Shown here in pieces: positions 36,641 through 48,105 of a stretch of DNA of 64,000 bases. Positions within the stretch are counted from its first letter, which is position 1. Each line of letters opens with the position of its first letter. The notes below the pieces were generated by a model that worked only from the letters and a program-made list of their open reading frames with translations, did not search any database and had not been told where the DNA came from. A program made the translations under genes and the position numbers. Source of the stretch: an uncultured Actinomycetota bacterium (GTDB lineage: Bacteria; Actinomycetota; Actinomycetes; DATJPE01); assembly GCA_963805505.1 (NCBI GenBank), contig CAWDUP010000007.1:557618-621617 (forward strand), in the 5' to 3' direction.

Positions 36641-37566
36641 GATCCGAGCCGCTCGCCGGGCGCGAGCCGTACGCCTCTTGCCCAGTCGGCCGCTGCCATC
36701 ACGCGTTTGCCCGCCGGACCGACCTCACCCAGGTGCACGGCATGAGATCCGGTGCCGACGCGCACGCCCGCCTTGTCGACCGCCAGCTCGCCCGGGGCGA
36801 GCGAGCCGTCCTCGGCCACACGTGTGACTGGGCCGAGCCGAAGCCGCCCCCCGGCCACCGTCGTCCATGCTCCAGGATCGGGCGTGCACGAGCGGATCAG
36901 CCGGTCGATGTGCAGCGCCGGGGCCGCCCAGTCGATCCGCGCGTCCTCCACGGTCAGCTTGGGAGCCAGCGTGACACCCTCGCTGGGCTGCGGCTGCGGC
37001 GAGACGCTGCCGTTCTCGAGGCCGTCGAGCGAAGCGACGAGCAGCTGCGCCCCGCTGACAGCCAGCCGATCGAGCAGAGCGCCGGCGGTGTCGTGCGGGT
37101 GGATGGTCTCGGTGGTCACGCCGAGGACCGGGCCGGTGTCGAGTCCCTCTTCGAGGAGAAAGGTCGTGGCGCCGGTCACCTCGTCGCCCGCGCGGATCGC
37201 GTGCTGCACCGGCGCGGCCCCGCGCCAGGCAGGGAGCAAGGAGAAGTGCAGGTTGACCCACCCGAGGGCTGGGATGTCGAGTGCGGCGCGTGGAACCAGC
37301 GCGCCGTACGCCACCACCGGACACGCGCCGGGGGCCAGCGCCTTCAGCGTGACGAGGAAGTCTGGGTCGCGAGGATGGGTCGGCTTGAGCACGTCGATCC
37401 CGAGCTCACCGGCAAGCTCCGCGACCGGAGAGGGGGTCAGGGCGCGACCGCGCCCTGCTCTCGCGTCGGGCCGGGTAACCACCGCGGCCACGTCGTGCGT
37501 GGATTCGACCAACGCACGCAGCGCCGGAAGGGCCGCGACGGGAGTCCCCGCAAACACGAGCCTCAT
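36637..37566 (-). CDS. fmt: Methionyl-tRNA formyltransferase
   Basis: 309 aa, [19 protein letters not shown]... Confidence 0.95.
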   Translation of the reverse strand: MRLVFAGTPVAALPALRALVESTHDVAAVVTRPDARAGRGRALTPSPVAELAGELGIDVLKPTHPRDPDFLVTLKALAPGACPVVAYGALVPRAALDIPALGWVNLHFSLLPAWRGAAPVQHAIRAGDEVTGATTFLLEEGLDTGPVLGVTTETIHPHDTAGALLDRLAVSGAQLLVASLDGLENGSVSPQPQPSEGVTLAPKLTVEDARIDWAAPALHIDRLIRSCTPDPGAWTTVAGGRLRLGPVTRVAEDGSLAPGELAVDKAGVRVGTGSHAVHLGEVGPAGKRVMAAADWARGVRLAPGERLGS

Positions 37567-37618
37567 CCGTACCCCGCGCCAGGGCCAGCCACCCCGCTGA
37601 GGGTGACGTTAGCGAGGG

Positions 37619-38203
37619 TCACAGGGCGAGTCCGCCGGTGGCGTGCGGGCTGACCTTGACCGTCGGCGTGGTCATGCCCCACCACTCGGCTTCGCGGATC
37701 TCCTTCATGGCGAGCTTGCGCTGCTCACGGTCGAGGCGGTCGACGAACAAGATCCCGTCGAGGTGGTCGGTCTCGTGCTGGATGCACCTGGCCAGCAGCT
37801 CGGTGCCTTCGATCGTCACGGGATCGCCGTACATGTTGAAACCCTTGGCCACCACCCCGAAGGCCCGCACGCAGGGATAGGCCAGCCCGGGGATCGACAA
37901 GCAGCCCTCGTCGCCGTCCTGCTCCTCCTCGGTGAGAGTGAGATCAGGGTTGATCAGGTGACCGACTACGTCGTCGACGTCGTAGGTGAAGACCCGCAGT
38001 CCGATCCCGAGCTGGGGTGCTGCCAGACCTACGCCTGGCGCGTCCTGCATGGTGTCGGTGAGATCTTGGACGAGGGTGCGCAACTCCTTGTCGAAGTCGA
38101 CGACGGGCAGTGCGGGGGTCCGCAGAACCGGGTCGCCAAACAGGCGGATCGGCTGTACGGCCACAGTCAGGCTCCCTTGGGCGGTGCGACGCTGGGTGCT
38201 CAT
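37619..38203 (-). CDS. def: Peptide deformylase
   Basis: 194 aa from MSTQRRTAQ... Motifs are GVGLAAPQ, EGCLS and HETDHLDG. The ORF-track N-terminal extension is spurious. Confidence 0.9.
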   Translation of the reverse strand: MSTQRRTAQGSLTVAVQPIRLFGDPVLRTPALPVVDFDKELRTLVQDLTDTMQDAPGVGLAAPQLGIGLRVFTYDVDDVVGHLINPDLTLTEEEQDGDEGCLSIPGLAYPCVRAFGVVAKGFNMYGDPVTIEGTELLARCIQHETDHLDGILFVDRLDREQRKLAMKEIREAEWWGMTTPTVKVSPHATGGLAL

Positions 38204-38340
38204 TCTATTTGGCCAGCGCGAACGCACATCACCAGATCGTGGCTGGCCAGGTCGCCGCACCAGGGCGACCCAGCAGGACCTCGCAGGGCCAGCTGTGCCG
38301 AACTCCTCTCCAGACAACTGATCGGCGAGCGCCGACGCTG

Positions 38341-40452
38341 TCAGCCGACGTCGACCGGGTCGATCCGGACTCGGACCGGGACGGGTGCCTTGCGCGCCGA
38401 ACGGCCGGCCTGGGCCGCGCTCAGCGCCAGAGCCAACGCAGCGGCATGGTCCTTGGCCGAGCGAACCAGGGCGCGCACCAGCTCGGGCTCGGAGCCCACC
38501 GGTTCGCGGCGTCCGCGATCACCGTTGACCACGGGCTGGACACCGATGACCTCGGCCCCGGCGGGCAGGTCGAGTGCTGAGAGCACCTCCTCGACCGCGC
38601 CCAGCTCGCCGCGCAGCTCGGCCAGCGAGGCTGCCGGTGGAAAACCGAGCGCGTCCCGGTCAGCGAGCTCACGGGCCGCGGACCAGGCCGGATCCCATCG
38701 GACGAGCGCTTGTACGGCGCGATGCGCGGCGTCGGCCATGATCACGACTCGACCACCCTCCCCCGACGTGCGGACGAGCGCTGCCGCGGCGACCCAGCGC
38801 CGCAGCGCCTCCTCGCCGGCGCGCAGGTCTGGCCGGTCCAGCAGGGCCCAGCCGTCGAGCAGAAGGGCAGCCGCATAACCTCCCTCGGCCACAGGTTCCG
38901 CACCGGGGGTTGCCACGACCAGGGCCGACCCTGATCCGATGGTGGCCAAGACCGCGTCGCGACCCGAGGTGTGGACCGGCACGCCCGGGAAGGCGCGGCC
39001 CAGCTCCTCGGCCGTCCGGGCGGCGCCGGTGACGCTCGCCCGGAGCTTGGTGGCGCCACACTCACGGCAGCTGAATCGCCCGGCGGGACGACCGCACCAC
39101 CGGCAATAGGGGACGGCGTGACCCGAGGTGAGCGCCAGCGGCCCGGAGCACTGGACGCATCGCGCCGGGGTGCGGCAGCGGATGCAGGCCAGCGAGGGGA
39201 GGTAGCCCCGCCTGGGCACCTGAACGAGGACCGGTCCGTGCTCCAGCGCCTCGCGCGCGGTACGCCAGGCCAGGTGCGGCAGCCGCGCGCTCGCCGCCGC
39301 GGCATCCCGGGCGAGCTCGGCGTCATCCCCGGCCGGCCGGACGGTTGGCGCGAGCGCTCGTACTGTCGCACGTGGTGCACCAAGGGCGTGGGCCTGACCG
39401 TTGTCGATCAGCAGGCGACCCTCGGCGGTCATCGAGAAGCCGCCGATCAGCAGGCCGGCGTTCTCGGTCGCGGCCCGGATCGCCAGGACCTCACGGACAT
39501 GGGGATAGGGAGCGTGCTGCTCGGCGTGCAGGTCGTCGCCGTCGTCCCAGACGATGGCGAGGCCCAGGTCGTGGACGGGGGCGAACTGGGCGGCGCGCGT
39601 GCCCACGACGCAGCGTGCGACGCCCCTGCTGATGGCAAGGAACCGCTTGTAGCGCTCGGCGGGGCCAAGGTCAGCGGTGAGCTCCACGTGCCGGCCGTCA
39701 CCCAATGCGTCGGTCAGGGCTGCCGACACGCGTTGGACGTCTCTGGCGTCGGCCACGACGATCAAGGCGCCGCGCCCTGACGCCAGGGTCGCGCCCGCGG
39801 CGGCGGCGATCGCGCGCGGCCAGCTGGGGCCGGGAACTGCGGTCCACACCGCGTGCGGTGCCTTCCCGTCGGTGAGCGCGCGGAGGAAGGCAGGTCCGGC
39901 GGTGTAGTCACCCCAGGGACCATTCCCGGAGCCTTCAGGCGTCGGCGGAGGCGTCCGAGCAGTCATGGATGCCTTACTCTCTGCGCCGGCATGCCTCGGC
40001 GGGATGGCCAGTCTCAAGACGTCAGCCAGGACGCCTGCGTAGTGATCAGCGACCCTCCGTGTCACGGCGAGCAGCTGCGAGGACAAGACGACCTCGGCGG
40101 ACACGACGCGTTGAAGACGGGCCAGCTTGGCCGGGCTCTCGCTGTGGTCGGTGTGCTCGGCGCGCTGAACGACGTAGCCGTTGACCAGCCGACCCGCAAA
40201 GCGCACGCGCACCCGGCAGCCCGGCACGGCGCTGTCGGCCATGGACGCCGGGACCGCATAGTCGAAGAACCGGTCGAGGTGGGCCAGGGAGATGTCGACC
40301 GCGACCCGCGCCACCGGAGCCGAGGCCGCAAGGGGCTCGACGGCCTTCGGCTTCGCCGTCCGCACCCGCGCGCGCGCTTGCTGCACGAGCTCGAGCTGGG
40401 TCGCCGGAGGCTCGCCGCCCTCGGTCCGCTCACTCACCCGAGGATCGTCCAC
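38341..40452 (-). CDS. priA: Primosomal protein N' (PriA)
   Basis: 703 aa with a Cys-cluster zinc-binding region ([19 protein letters not shown]...CRWCG...CRECG). Confidence 0.9.
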   Translation of the reverse strand: MDDPRVSERTEGGEPPATQLELVQQARARVRTAKPKAVEPLAASAPVARVAVDISLAHLDRFFDYAVPASMADSAVPGCRVRVRFAGRLVNGYVVQRAEHTDHSESPAKLARLQRVVSAEVVLSSQLLAVTRRVADHYAGVLADVLRLAIPPRHAGAESKASMTARTPPPTPEGSGNGPWGDYTAGPAFLRALTDGKAPHAVWTAVPGPSWPRAIAAAAGATLASGRGALIVVADARDVQRVSAALTDALGDGRHVELTADLGPAERYKRFLAISRGVARCVVGTRAAQFAPVHDLGLAIVWDDGDDLHAEQHAPYPHVREVLAIRAATENAGLLIGGFSMTAEGRLLIDNGQAHALGAPRATVRALAPTVRPAGDDAELARDAAAASARLPHLAWRTAREALEHGPVLVQVPRRGYLPSLACIRCRTPARCVQCSGPLALTSGHAVPYCRWCGRPAGRFSCRECGATKLRASVTGAARTAEELGRAFPGVPVHTSGRDAVLATIGSGSALVVATPGAEPVAEGGYAAALLLDGWALLDRPDLRAGEEALRRWVAAAALVRTSGEGGRVVIMADAAHRAVQALVRWDPAWSAARELADRDALGFPPAASLAELRGELGAVEEVLSALDLPAGAEVIGVQPVVNGDRGRREPVGSEPELVRALVRSAKDHAAALALALSAAQAGRSARKAPVPVRVRIDPVDVG

Positions 40453-40543
40453 CCGTGGATCGTCTCAGGTCCCACCGACCCCGCCCTCGTCTGCGAACTT
40501 CCTGGTCGAGGGAGCGAACCGGTCGAGCGAGCGAAGCGGAACC

Positions 40544-41747
<1,204 letters not shown>

Positions 41748-41860
41748 AGGAGGCTCCTGCGTGCGAGAGGACAGGGGTACGGGCTGCGCAGCGGCGCTCA
41801 GCCGGGGTGACGGCAGTCTAGCCGCGGCAGGGGTACGTCCCCTGCAGGGCTGCGTGCGTC

Positions 41861-43105
41861 TCAGTCGGCACCACGGGATCGGTGAAGTTCGAGAAGTTTG
41901 AGTGCGCGGTCCCACACCGCGTCCGCGAGGTCTGCCTTCGGTCCATCACGAACCGGTGTCTCGCTTCCGTCGGCACCGATGATCACCGCCGCGTTGTGCG
42001 GCACCTCGAACCCCCGTCCCTCGCCGACCTCGTTGACCACGAGCAGGTCGCAGCCCTTGCGGGCGAGCTTGGCACGCCCGTGAGCGAGTACGTCGCCGCC
42101 GGCGTCACCAGTCTCGGCCGCGAAGCCGACCACGACTTGGCCCTCCGGACGGCGTTGCACGAGCTCGGCCAGCACGTCCGCGGTGCGTTCAAGAGCAATC
42201 GGCTCCGGGACTCCCCCAAAATCGTCCTTCTTGACCTTCGATGCGCTCACCGATGCTGGTCGGAAGTCAGCGACCGCGGCAGCCATGACCACCACGTCGG
42301 CCGCGTCGGAGGAAGCCAGCACAGCGTCCCTGAGCTCAGCTGCTGTCCCCACGCGCACGACGTTCGATCCGGCCGGATCCTCCATCGCCACGTTGGCTGC
42401 GATCAGTGTGACCTTGGCTCCCCGGGCGGCCGCCGTCCGCGCCAGCGCCCATCCCTGCCGGCCGCTGCTGCGGTTGCCCAGGAACCGCACCGGATCGATC
42501 GGCTCGCGCGTACCGCCTGCAGAAACCACGACCTGCCGGCCCAGCAGGTCAGCGGCGGTGGCACCGGCAGCCCCACGCGCCAGGACTCGCAACGCCACCT
42601 CGACGATTTCGGCGGGGTCCGGCAACCTCCCAGGACCGGAGTCCGCTCCGGTCAGCCGTCCGACGGCGGGGTCGAGCACGACGACTCCTCGAGCACGCAG
42701 CGCCTCGACGTTCGCCCGCGTCGCCGCGTGCTCCCACATCTCGGTGTGCATCGCAGGCGCAAGCACCACGGGACACCTCGCCGTCAACAAGGTCGCAGCC
42801 AGCAGATCGTCGGCGCGGCCGTGCACCGCTCGCGCCATCAGGTCTGCGGTGGCCGGCACGACCAGCACCAGGTCGGCCTCCTGCCCGAGGCGCACGTGGG
42901 GCACGGACGGAACATCACTCCACAGATCAGCGGCAACCGGGCGGCCGGAGAGCGCCTCCCAGGTCGCACGACCCACGAACTCCAAGGCAGAGGTGGTGGG
43001 CACCACCGTGACCTCGTGGCCGGACTCGGTCAGGCCGCGCAGCACCTCGCAGGCCTTGTAGGCCGCGATGCCCCCACTGACGCCGAGGACGACACGGCTG
43101 GGCAT
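41861..43105 (-). CDS. coaBC: Bifunctional phosphopantothenoylcysteine decarboxylase / phosphopantothenate--cysteine ligase
   Basis: 414 aa, [25 protein letters not shown]... (flavoprotein domain plus CoaB domain). Confidence 0.95.
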   Translation of the reverse strand: MPSRVVLGVSGGIAAYKACEVLRGLTESGHEVTVVPTTSALEFVGRATWEALSGRPVAADLWSDVPSVPHVRLGQEADLVLVVPATADLMARAVHGRADDLLAATLLTARCPVVLAPAMHTEMWEHAATRANVEALRARGVVVLDPAVGRLTGADSGPGRLPDPAEIVEVALRVLARGAAGATAADLLGRQVVVSAGGTREPIDPVRFLGNRSSGRQGWALARTAAARGAKVTLIAANVAMEDPAGSNVVRVGTAAELRDAVLASSDAADVVVMAAAVADFRPASVSASKVKKDDFGGVPEPIALERTADVLAELVQRRPEGQVVVGFAAETGDAGGDVLAHGRAKLARKGCDLLVVNEVGEGRGFEVPHNAAVIIGADGSETPVRDGPKADLADAVWDRALKLLELHRSRGAD

Positions 43106-43160
43106 GCCTCGAGACTAGTTGGAACGGGCCGCGGCCGCGGGCGTACCTAGCCGCGCTGGG

Positions 43161-43436
43161 TCAGTCTTCGGTCGGGGTCTCGACGTGCTCGAGGGTCAGC
43201 AGGCCGCCGTTGATCTCCCGCAGGGCCACCGCGAGTGGCTTCTCCTGGACGTGGGTGTCGACGAGCGGGCCGACGTACTCGAGCAGACCCTCACTGAGCT
43301 GGCTGTAGTAGGCGTTGATCTGGCGCGCGCGCTTGGCGGCGTAGAGCACCAGCCCGTACTTGTTGTCGACGGTGCCGAGCAGTTCGTCGATCGGGGGGTT
43401 GGTGATGCCTTCGGGTTGCGCGACGGTGCCGGACAC
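43161..43436 (-). CDS. rpoZ: DNA-directed RNA polymerase subunit omega
   Basis: 91 aa, ...[20 protein letters not shown]... Confidence 0.95.
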   Translation of the reverse strand: MSGTVAQPEGITNPPIDELLGTVDNKYGLVLYAAKRARQINAYYSQLSEGLLEYVGPLVDTHVQEKPLAVALREINGGLLTLEHVETPTED

Positions 43437-43456
43437 GCGGGTCCTTTCGGACGAAG

Positions 43457-44077
43457 TCAGGGGGAGATTCCCATCAAGGTTACCAGCCGGTCACACACCT
43501 CACCGACCTCAGCATTGACCAGCGCCACGTCGAACTCGCTCTCGGCGGCCAGCTCCACGCGGGCCACATCCAGGCGTCGGGCGATGACCTCGGGTTCCTC
43601 GGTGCCTCGCTCGACGAGTCGCTCGACGAGGTCATCCCACGAGGGCGGCTTGAGAAAGACGAACAAGGCGTCGGGCATGGCCAGCCGCACCTGCCGCGCG
43701 CCGTTGAGCTCGATCTCCAGCACGACCGGGACGCCTGCGGCAAGGTGCTCCTCGACGGCTGCCCGCGGGGTGCCGTAGGAGTAGCCGGCGAACGACGCCC
43801 ACTCCAGCAGCTGATGACTCTCGACCATCGCCGCGAACTGCTCGGCGCTGACGAAGGAGTAGTGCTCGCCGTCGACCTCGCCTGGACGCGGCGCTCTGGT
43901 GGTGACCGACACCGACAGCCACACCTGGGGGTGCTCGGCTCGCAGCCGCGCCACGACGGTGCTCTTGCCCACTCCCGAAGGCCCCGACAAGACCGTCAGT
44001 CGCGCTCGCTTGACCGGCCCGTGATCATCTGGCACCCGCTCCTGCGCCTGCTCCTGCGCGGATGTCTCCACCGTCAC
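43457..44077 (-). CDS. gmk: Guanylate kinase
   Basis: About 207 aa from the GTG at 44077, which overlaps the mihF stop (GTGA). It has the P-loop [11 protein letters not shown] and ...[18 protein letters not shown]... The ORF-track extension to 44530 is spurious. Confidence 0.9.
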   Translation of the reverse strand: MTVETSAQEQAQERVPDDHGPVKRARLTVLSGPSGVGKSTVVARLRAEHPQVWLSVSVTTRAPRPGEVDGEHYSFVSAEQFAAMVESHQLLEWASFAGYSYGTPRAAVEEHLAAGVPVVLEIELNGARQVRLAMPDALFVFLKPPSWDDLVERLVERGTEEPEVIARRLDVARVELAAESEFDVALVNAEVGEVCDRLVTLMGISP

Positions 44078-44400
44078 TCGGTCCCAGCAGCAGGAAACTC
44101 TCGCTCGAGGGCAGCTACCTGATTCACCCCGAGTCCACGGACGCGACGCGTGTCGGCGATCTGCAGACGTTCCATGATCTGGCGCGCGCGAATCTTTCCG
44201 ACGCCGGGCAGTGCCTCGAGCAGCGCCGACACGCGCATCTTCGCGATGACATCGTTGGTCTCCCCCGCCGCGATGACCTCCGTGAGGGACGCCCCGCTGT
44301 GCTTGAGCCGGTTCTTGACCTCGGCGCGCTCGCGACGGGCTGCGGCTGCCTTGGCGAGCGCGGCGGCGCGTTGCTCGGGCGTGAGGGGCGGAAGTGCCAC
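44074..44400 (-). CDS. mihF: Integration host factor, actinobacterial type (mIHF/sIHF)
   Basis: 108 aa, [79 protein letters not shown]... Confidence 0.9.
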   Translation of the reverse strand: MALPPLTPEQRAAALAKAAAARRERAEVKNRLKHSGASLTEVIAAGETNDVIAKMRVSALLEALPGVGKIRARQIMERLQIADTRRVRGLGVNQVAALEREFPAAGTE

Positions 44401-44605
44401 CGGTTCGGGCCTCTCCTGGAGTCGGATACGTGCCGGACTGTCGAGCCGATCCCCGGAACCTAGTCGGGCCGGGTGACCTGCGGCAACGCACCCCGACCTC
44501 GGCCTTGTTCACTGTCTGCCGAGACACCACAAGAAGTTCGCTGAGGACGCAGCGAATCGGCCACCCTGGGACGTCTAGGACACAGGGGCTTGATCAGCAG
44601 CGGCG

Positions 44606-45187
44606 ATGGGAGGCGACGTGGAGTTCGAGGAGTACGTCGCCGCGCGCGGCGCCGCACTGCTGCGCTTCGCCTACGTCCTGACCGCCGACTCCGACATGGC
44701 CGAGGATCTTGTGCAGTCAGCTCTCGCCGACGCCTACCGGCACTGGCGCCGCGTCGCGAGAGCCGACCACCCCGACGCCTACGTCCACCGCATCATCGTC
44801 AACCGGCACTTGTCGAGCCGCCGTCGCCGTTGGTGGGGGGAGCGACCGTCGGGCAGCGCTCCCGAGAGTGAAGGAAACGCACACGACGCGTCGACCTCTG
44901 ACATCGCCGACGCGGTTGCTGACCGCGACGAGACCCGGGCGGTACTCGACGGACTGCCCCCGCGCGCTCGAGCCGTACTCGTGCTGCGCTACTACGCCGA
45001 CCTGGACGACGCAGCCATCGCCCAGGCTCTCGGTATCACCGAGAGCACCGTGCGAGCCACGGCCTCGCGGGCCTTGGCCAGCCTGCGGCAGACGTACCCG
45101 CTCGGCGACGACGCACGGCGTGCCGCAGCAGCCGTGACCACCACTCGACCCGGCCCGACCGATGCGACGGAGCAGGAGCAGCCATGA
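44606..45187 (+). CDS. ECF-type RNA polymerase sigma-70 factor
   Basis: 193 aa with region 2 (...DLVQSALADAYRHWRRV...PDAYVHRIIVNRHLS...) and region 4 (...LPPRARAVLVLRYYADLDDAAIAQALGITESTVRATASRAL...). Its stop overlaps the downstream start (ATGA). Confidence 0.85.
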   Translation: MGGDVEFEEYVAARGAALLRFAYVLTADSDMAEDLVQSALADAYRHWRRVARADHPDAYVHRIIVNRHLSSRRRRWWGERPSGSAPESEGNAHDASTSDIADAVADRDETRAVLDGLPPRARAVLVLRYYADLDDAAIAQALGITESTVRATASRALASLRQTYPLGDDARRAAAAVTTTRPGPTDATEQEQP

Positions 45188-46227
45188 GGACGCGCAATGA
45201 TGTGCCGGACGCCGAGCTCGAGGGTTACCTGAGGACACTGCTCGTCGACGAGGCCGCGCACGCGCCGTTGCCAGGAGATCTGGCCGGCGGTGCTGTACGG
45301 GCGGCCCAGCAACACCGACGGCGTACGGCTGCTGTCACCGCGGCCCTGTCGGTCTTGGTGCTCGTCTGCGGGGCGGCCGTCGTCCAGCAACTGGGCCAAA
45401 CCGACTCCTCGGCCCCACCTGCTGGCCAGTCACCCAGTACCAGCGCGTCCGCGGCGCCGCTCGTGCCGGGCGAGGCGATGCTCATGTTCCGAGGGGTAGA
45501 GGTACCCGTACCGGCAAAGTGGCTGGAGCCCGGCACCACAAGGTGCGGGACCGCCATAGCTGACGCTGCCTACGTGATCGACCCGTCTGTGCCTACGTTG
45601 CTGTGCGATGCCACTCCTCCTCACCCAGAAGTGATCACCGAAGTCGTGCTGCAACCGGTCTCGACCGTTGAGGCCGGCGATCGCGTCGCTGGGGAAACCT
45701 TGCTCCCGGACGGCCGTACCCGCATCGCCTCTGCCATCCCTCAGGGCGACGTCTGGCTGTCGGTGACATCTCCCGACGCGGATCGGGCGCGGGAGCTGAT
45801 GAGCGGCGTGCTCGTAGTCGACCGGGTGCAGGGCTGCCCCGTGCAACCTGCGCCGGTGCCGCCCACGAAGGACAGCACGTTGGTCGACTTCCAGCTCGGC
45901 GCCAGACCAGGCGGGGTCTGCGGCTACCGCGACGGCTGGCTGGTCGGGGCGGAGGTCCTCACCACCCAGGAAGTCGCACAGGTGGACGACCTACTAGGCG
46001 CGGCCCCAGACATGGCGGTGATCGACTGTGCTCGAGATGATTCCTCAGGGCCGGGCAACGGGTGGTGGCTCTCTCTGGACGGGGGTCACGTGTGGGTAGA
46101 CGGATCCGGCCAGTGCCGAGGGACGTGGAGCAGCAACGACCTGAGCCGTCTCGTGACGCATGCCCTGGTGGACGCCGTGGGAACCCTGGCTGCGGGGCCG
46201 GTGACCTTCGGTGGGCGTGGACCGTGA
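45184..46227 (+). CDS. Membrane-anchored protein co-transcribed with the ECF sigma (putative anti-sigma factor / sigma-associated protein)
   Basis: 347 aa with a ~45-aa cytoplasmic N-terminus, one TM helix (TAAVTAALSVLVLVCGAAVVQQL), and a ~270-aa extracytoplasmic domain containing 7 Cys residues. No classical zinc anti-sigma motif is present. Confidence 0.55.
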   Translation: MRTRNDVPDAELEGYLRTLLVDEAAHAPLPGDLAGGAVRAAQQHRRRTAAVTAALSVLVLVCGAAVVQQLGQTDSSAPPAGQSPSTSASAAPLVPGEAMLMFRGVEVPVPAKWLEPGTTRCGTAIADAAYVIDPSVPTLLCDATPPHPEVITEVVLQPVSTVEAGDRVAGETLLPDGRTRIASAIPQGDVWLSVTSPDADRARELMSGVLVVDRVQGCPVQPAPVPPTKDSTLVDFQLGARPGGVCGYRDGWLVGAEVLTTQEVAQVDDLLGAAPDMAVIDCARDDSSGPGNGWWLSLDGGHVWVDGSGQCRGTWSSNDLSRLVTHALVDAVGTLAAGPVTFGGRGP

Positions 46228-46280
46228 GGACGGCCAGCGAATAGATGAGTCTCCAGCGTTTCGGTGGTCCTGCGTGTGGC

Positions 46281-46613
46281 TTACTCCTCGGTGTGGACCG
46301 GCTCGACGGAAGGATCCATGTCGATCGAGCTCAGGCCGGCCAGCCACGGTCGGGTCCGTGCGGTCAGCAGACCCTCACGCACGGCCCGGTCGGCCTGAGC
46401 TGCTGCGTCGGCCTCCTCGACGGACTCGAAGCGGACGATCGCTACCCCTCCCCCGTCGCCGTCCAGGAACGGGCCACCCATGACCAGCTGACCAGCGTCG
46501 AGCCAGCCCTTCATCGTGGCCAGATGATGGTCGACCCCCGGCTGCTCGCGGAACGAAGCGCCGGAAACCCAAGCGGGACCGGGCGAATGCGCGATCAGCT
46601 GCAGCACCGTCAC
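46281..46613 (-). CDS. YciI-like (Dabb) family protein
   Basis: About 110 aa from the GTG at 46613, which overlaps the SRPBCC stop (GTGA). Sequence is VTVLQLIAHSPGPAWVSGASF...HHLATMKGWLDAGQLVMGGPF... The ORF-track extension to 46667 is spurious. Confidence 0.65.
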   Translation of the reverse strand: MTVLQLIAHSPGPAWVSGASFREQPGVDHHLATMKGWLDAGQLVMGGPFLDGDGGGVAIVRFESVEEADAAAQADRAVREGLLTARTRPWLAGLSSIDMDPSVEPVHTEE

Positions 46614-47077
46614 GCGGCACCGACTGCGGCTTCGCTGACGACGTAGGCGCCGAGTACGAGGTCCCATCCCTCGGTGTAGTTGCCCACGAGCTCGCTACGG
46701 TCGCCGGACGCCGGCAACGGCACGTTCTCCCACCCGGTGTGGACGAGGCGCACCAACGTGCCGTCGCTCGCGGCGGTGAAGGTGACCTCGACGACCGTGT
46801 GTGGTTCGGGATCTTGGCCGGGGTGCCAGGTCATCGCCAACCTGTCCGGCGGCTCCCAGGCGAGGACCGAGCCCCACCAGCAGGCCGTACCGTCGGCCAA
46901 GGTCTCCACGAAGCCGCCCTCGTCGAGGACCAGGCCGAGACCGTCGGTGCCACCGACCGAATGGCTCTCGAGCGGCCACCAGCGCGCGACGTTGGTGGTG
47001 AATGCGGCGAATGCGGCCTCGGGCGCGACGGGCACCGAGACCTCCTTGACGATCGGGGGGATCTGGATGGCAGACAT
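46610..47077 (-). CDS. SRPBCC-family protein (AHSA1/Aha1-like activator of Hsp90 ATPase domain)
   Basis: 155 aa, ...VKEVSVPVAPEAAFAAFTTNVARWWP... Its ATG overlaps the arsR stop (ATGA). Confidence 0.7.
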   Translation of the reverse strand: MSAIQIPPIVKEVSVPVAPEAAFAAFTTNVARWWPLESHSVGGTDGLGLVLDEGGFVETLADGTACWWGSVLAWEPPDRLAMTWHPGQDPEPHTVVEVTFTAASDGTLVRLVHTGWENVPLPASGDRSELVGNYTEGWDLVLGAYVVSEAAVGAA

Positions 47078-47433
47078 CAGTGCTCCTGGGGGGTGTTAGT
47101 GGGTGCATGAGGTTGGGGCTGACTCGTCTCGGCGAGGTGATCGGCAAAGGCGTCGAGGACATCGGTCCAGAGGCCGTCGACATAACGGCGTACGGCTTCC
47201 AGCCCCACCGTGTCGATGCGATAGAGGCTGCTGGTGCCTGAACGCACATGGGTCACCAGGCCGGAGGCACCCAGGACCTTCAGGTGCTTGGAGACGGCCG
47301 GGCGGCTCACCGGGAGTTGGGCGGCCAGCACGCCGACTGGCGACGGACCTTTGCGCAGCAGCTCGAGGATGCGACGACGCGTGGGGTCTCCGAGAGCATC
47401 AAGTGCGGTCGCGGAAGCGGGAGCGGCGTTCAT
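47077..47433 (-). CDS. ArsR/SmtB-family transcriptional regulator
   Basis: 118 aa, ...LDALGDPTRRRILELLRKGPSPVGVLAAQLPVSRPAVSKHLKVLGASGLV... (winged HTH). It is the first gene of an arsR-SRPBCC-yciI operon. Confidence 0.85.
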   Translation of the reverse strand: MNAAPASATALDALGDPTRRRILELLRKGPSPVGVLAAQLPVSRPAVSKHLKVLGASGLVTHVRSGTSSLYRIDTVGLEAVRRYVDGLWTDVLDAFADHLAETSQPQPHAPTNTPQEH

Positions 47434-47436
47434 GGC

Positions 47437-47460
47437 ATTGGTAACTCTATAGTTACCAAT
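47437..47460. promoter_or_regulatory. Candidate ArsR operator: 9-bp perfect inverted repeat ATTGGTAAC-N6-GTTACCAAT 4 bp upstream of the arsR ATG
   Basis: Direct reading. The AT-rich TATAGA/TATAGT centre could double as the -10 element, which would imply a leaderless or very short-leader transcript. Confidence 0.45.
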
Positions 47461-47525
47461 GCTTGGACGTCAAGCAGCGCCTCCGTCGGATTGGGGAAGG
47501 TTGTTGCTGCTGGAGCGACGCCCAA

Positions 47526-48105
47526 TTACCCCGTTGCGGGAGTGATCCGGCGGCGACGGCGACGTACGCCTTGCCAACTGACCACGGCCACGATCGCGAT
47601 GAGGGCCACCACCAGGACGGCGGGCAGGTGCGAGCGCAGGCGGTAGTCCACCGGGAGTACGGCGCCGCCCGAACCACCCGTGACAGGCGCGCGTACCAGC
47701 TCAGGTCTCGAGGGCAATCCAGCGGCCGCTGCCGGGCCATCGAGGACCGCCACAGAACAGGAAGATGCGACAAAATTTGCGGCACCGATCAGATAGGTGG
47801 CACCTACCTCGAGCTGGATGTCGCTGGACGACCCGGCATTGGGATCGAGCGTGCCAGTGATCACGCGCACCTGCGGCGCCAACTCGTCGCCGCGCCAGAC
47901 CTCGGCCACATCAAGCCTTGCCCAGTCCTCGTTGGCCTCGATGACCGTGCCTACGAACACAGTGGAAGTCTCCTGATCGACCGGTGTCTGACCGAACTCA
48001 CCCGCGCAGCTCGCGACCGCCGGCGTGGGCGCTGCCCACACCGAGAATGCCGAGCAGGACGACGAGCAACGCGCACCGGCCGACGTACCGCATCCGCGGA
48101 AGCAT
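47526..48105 (-). pseudogene. Putative lipoprotein gene with an apparent +1 frameshift between signal peptide and lipobox; C-terminal TM helix plus hexa-Arg tail
   Basis: One frame (ATG 48105 or 48093) encodes the signal peptide M(LPRM)RYVGRCALLVVLLGILGVG.. and stops at 47998. The lipobox VASC and the mature domain (ORF 47526..48041) are in the next frame. Removing one nt from a GGG or CCC run at 48027-48037 restores a continuous lipoprotein precursor. The C-terminus is ...LPAVLVVALIAIVAVVSWQGVRRRRRRITPATG. Confidence 0.5.

Noticed and set aside
44455-44485. GGAAC motif upstream of the ECF sigma gene as a possible autoregulated ECF promoter (-35)
   Set aside because: No convincing -10 (CGTC/GTT-type) lies at 16-18-nt spacing. 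The position would imply a 150-nt leader. Too weak to call.
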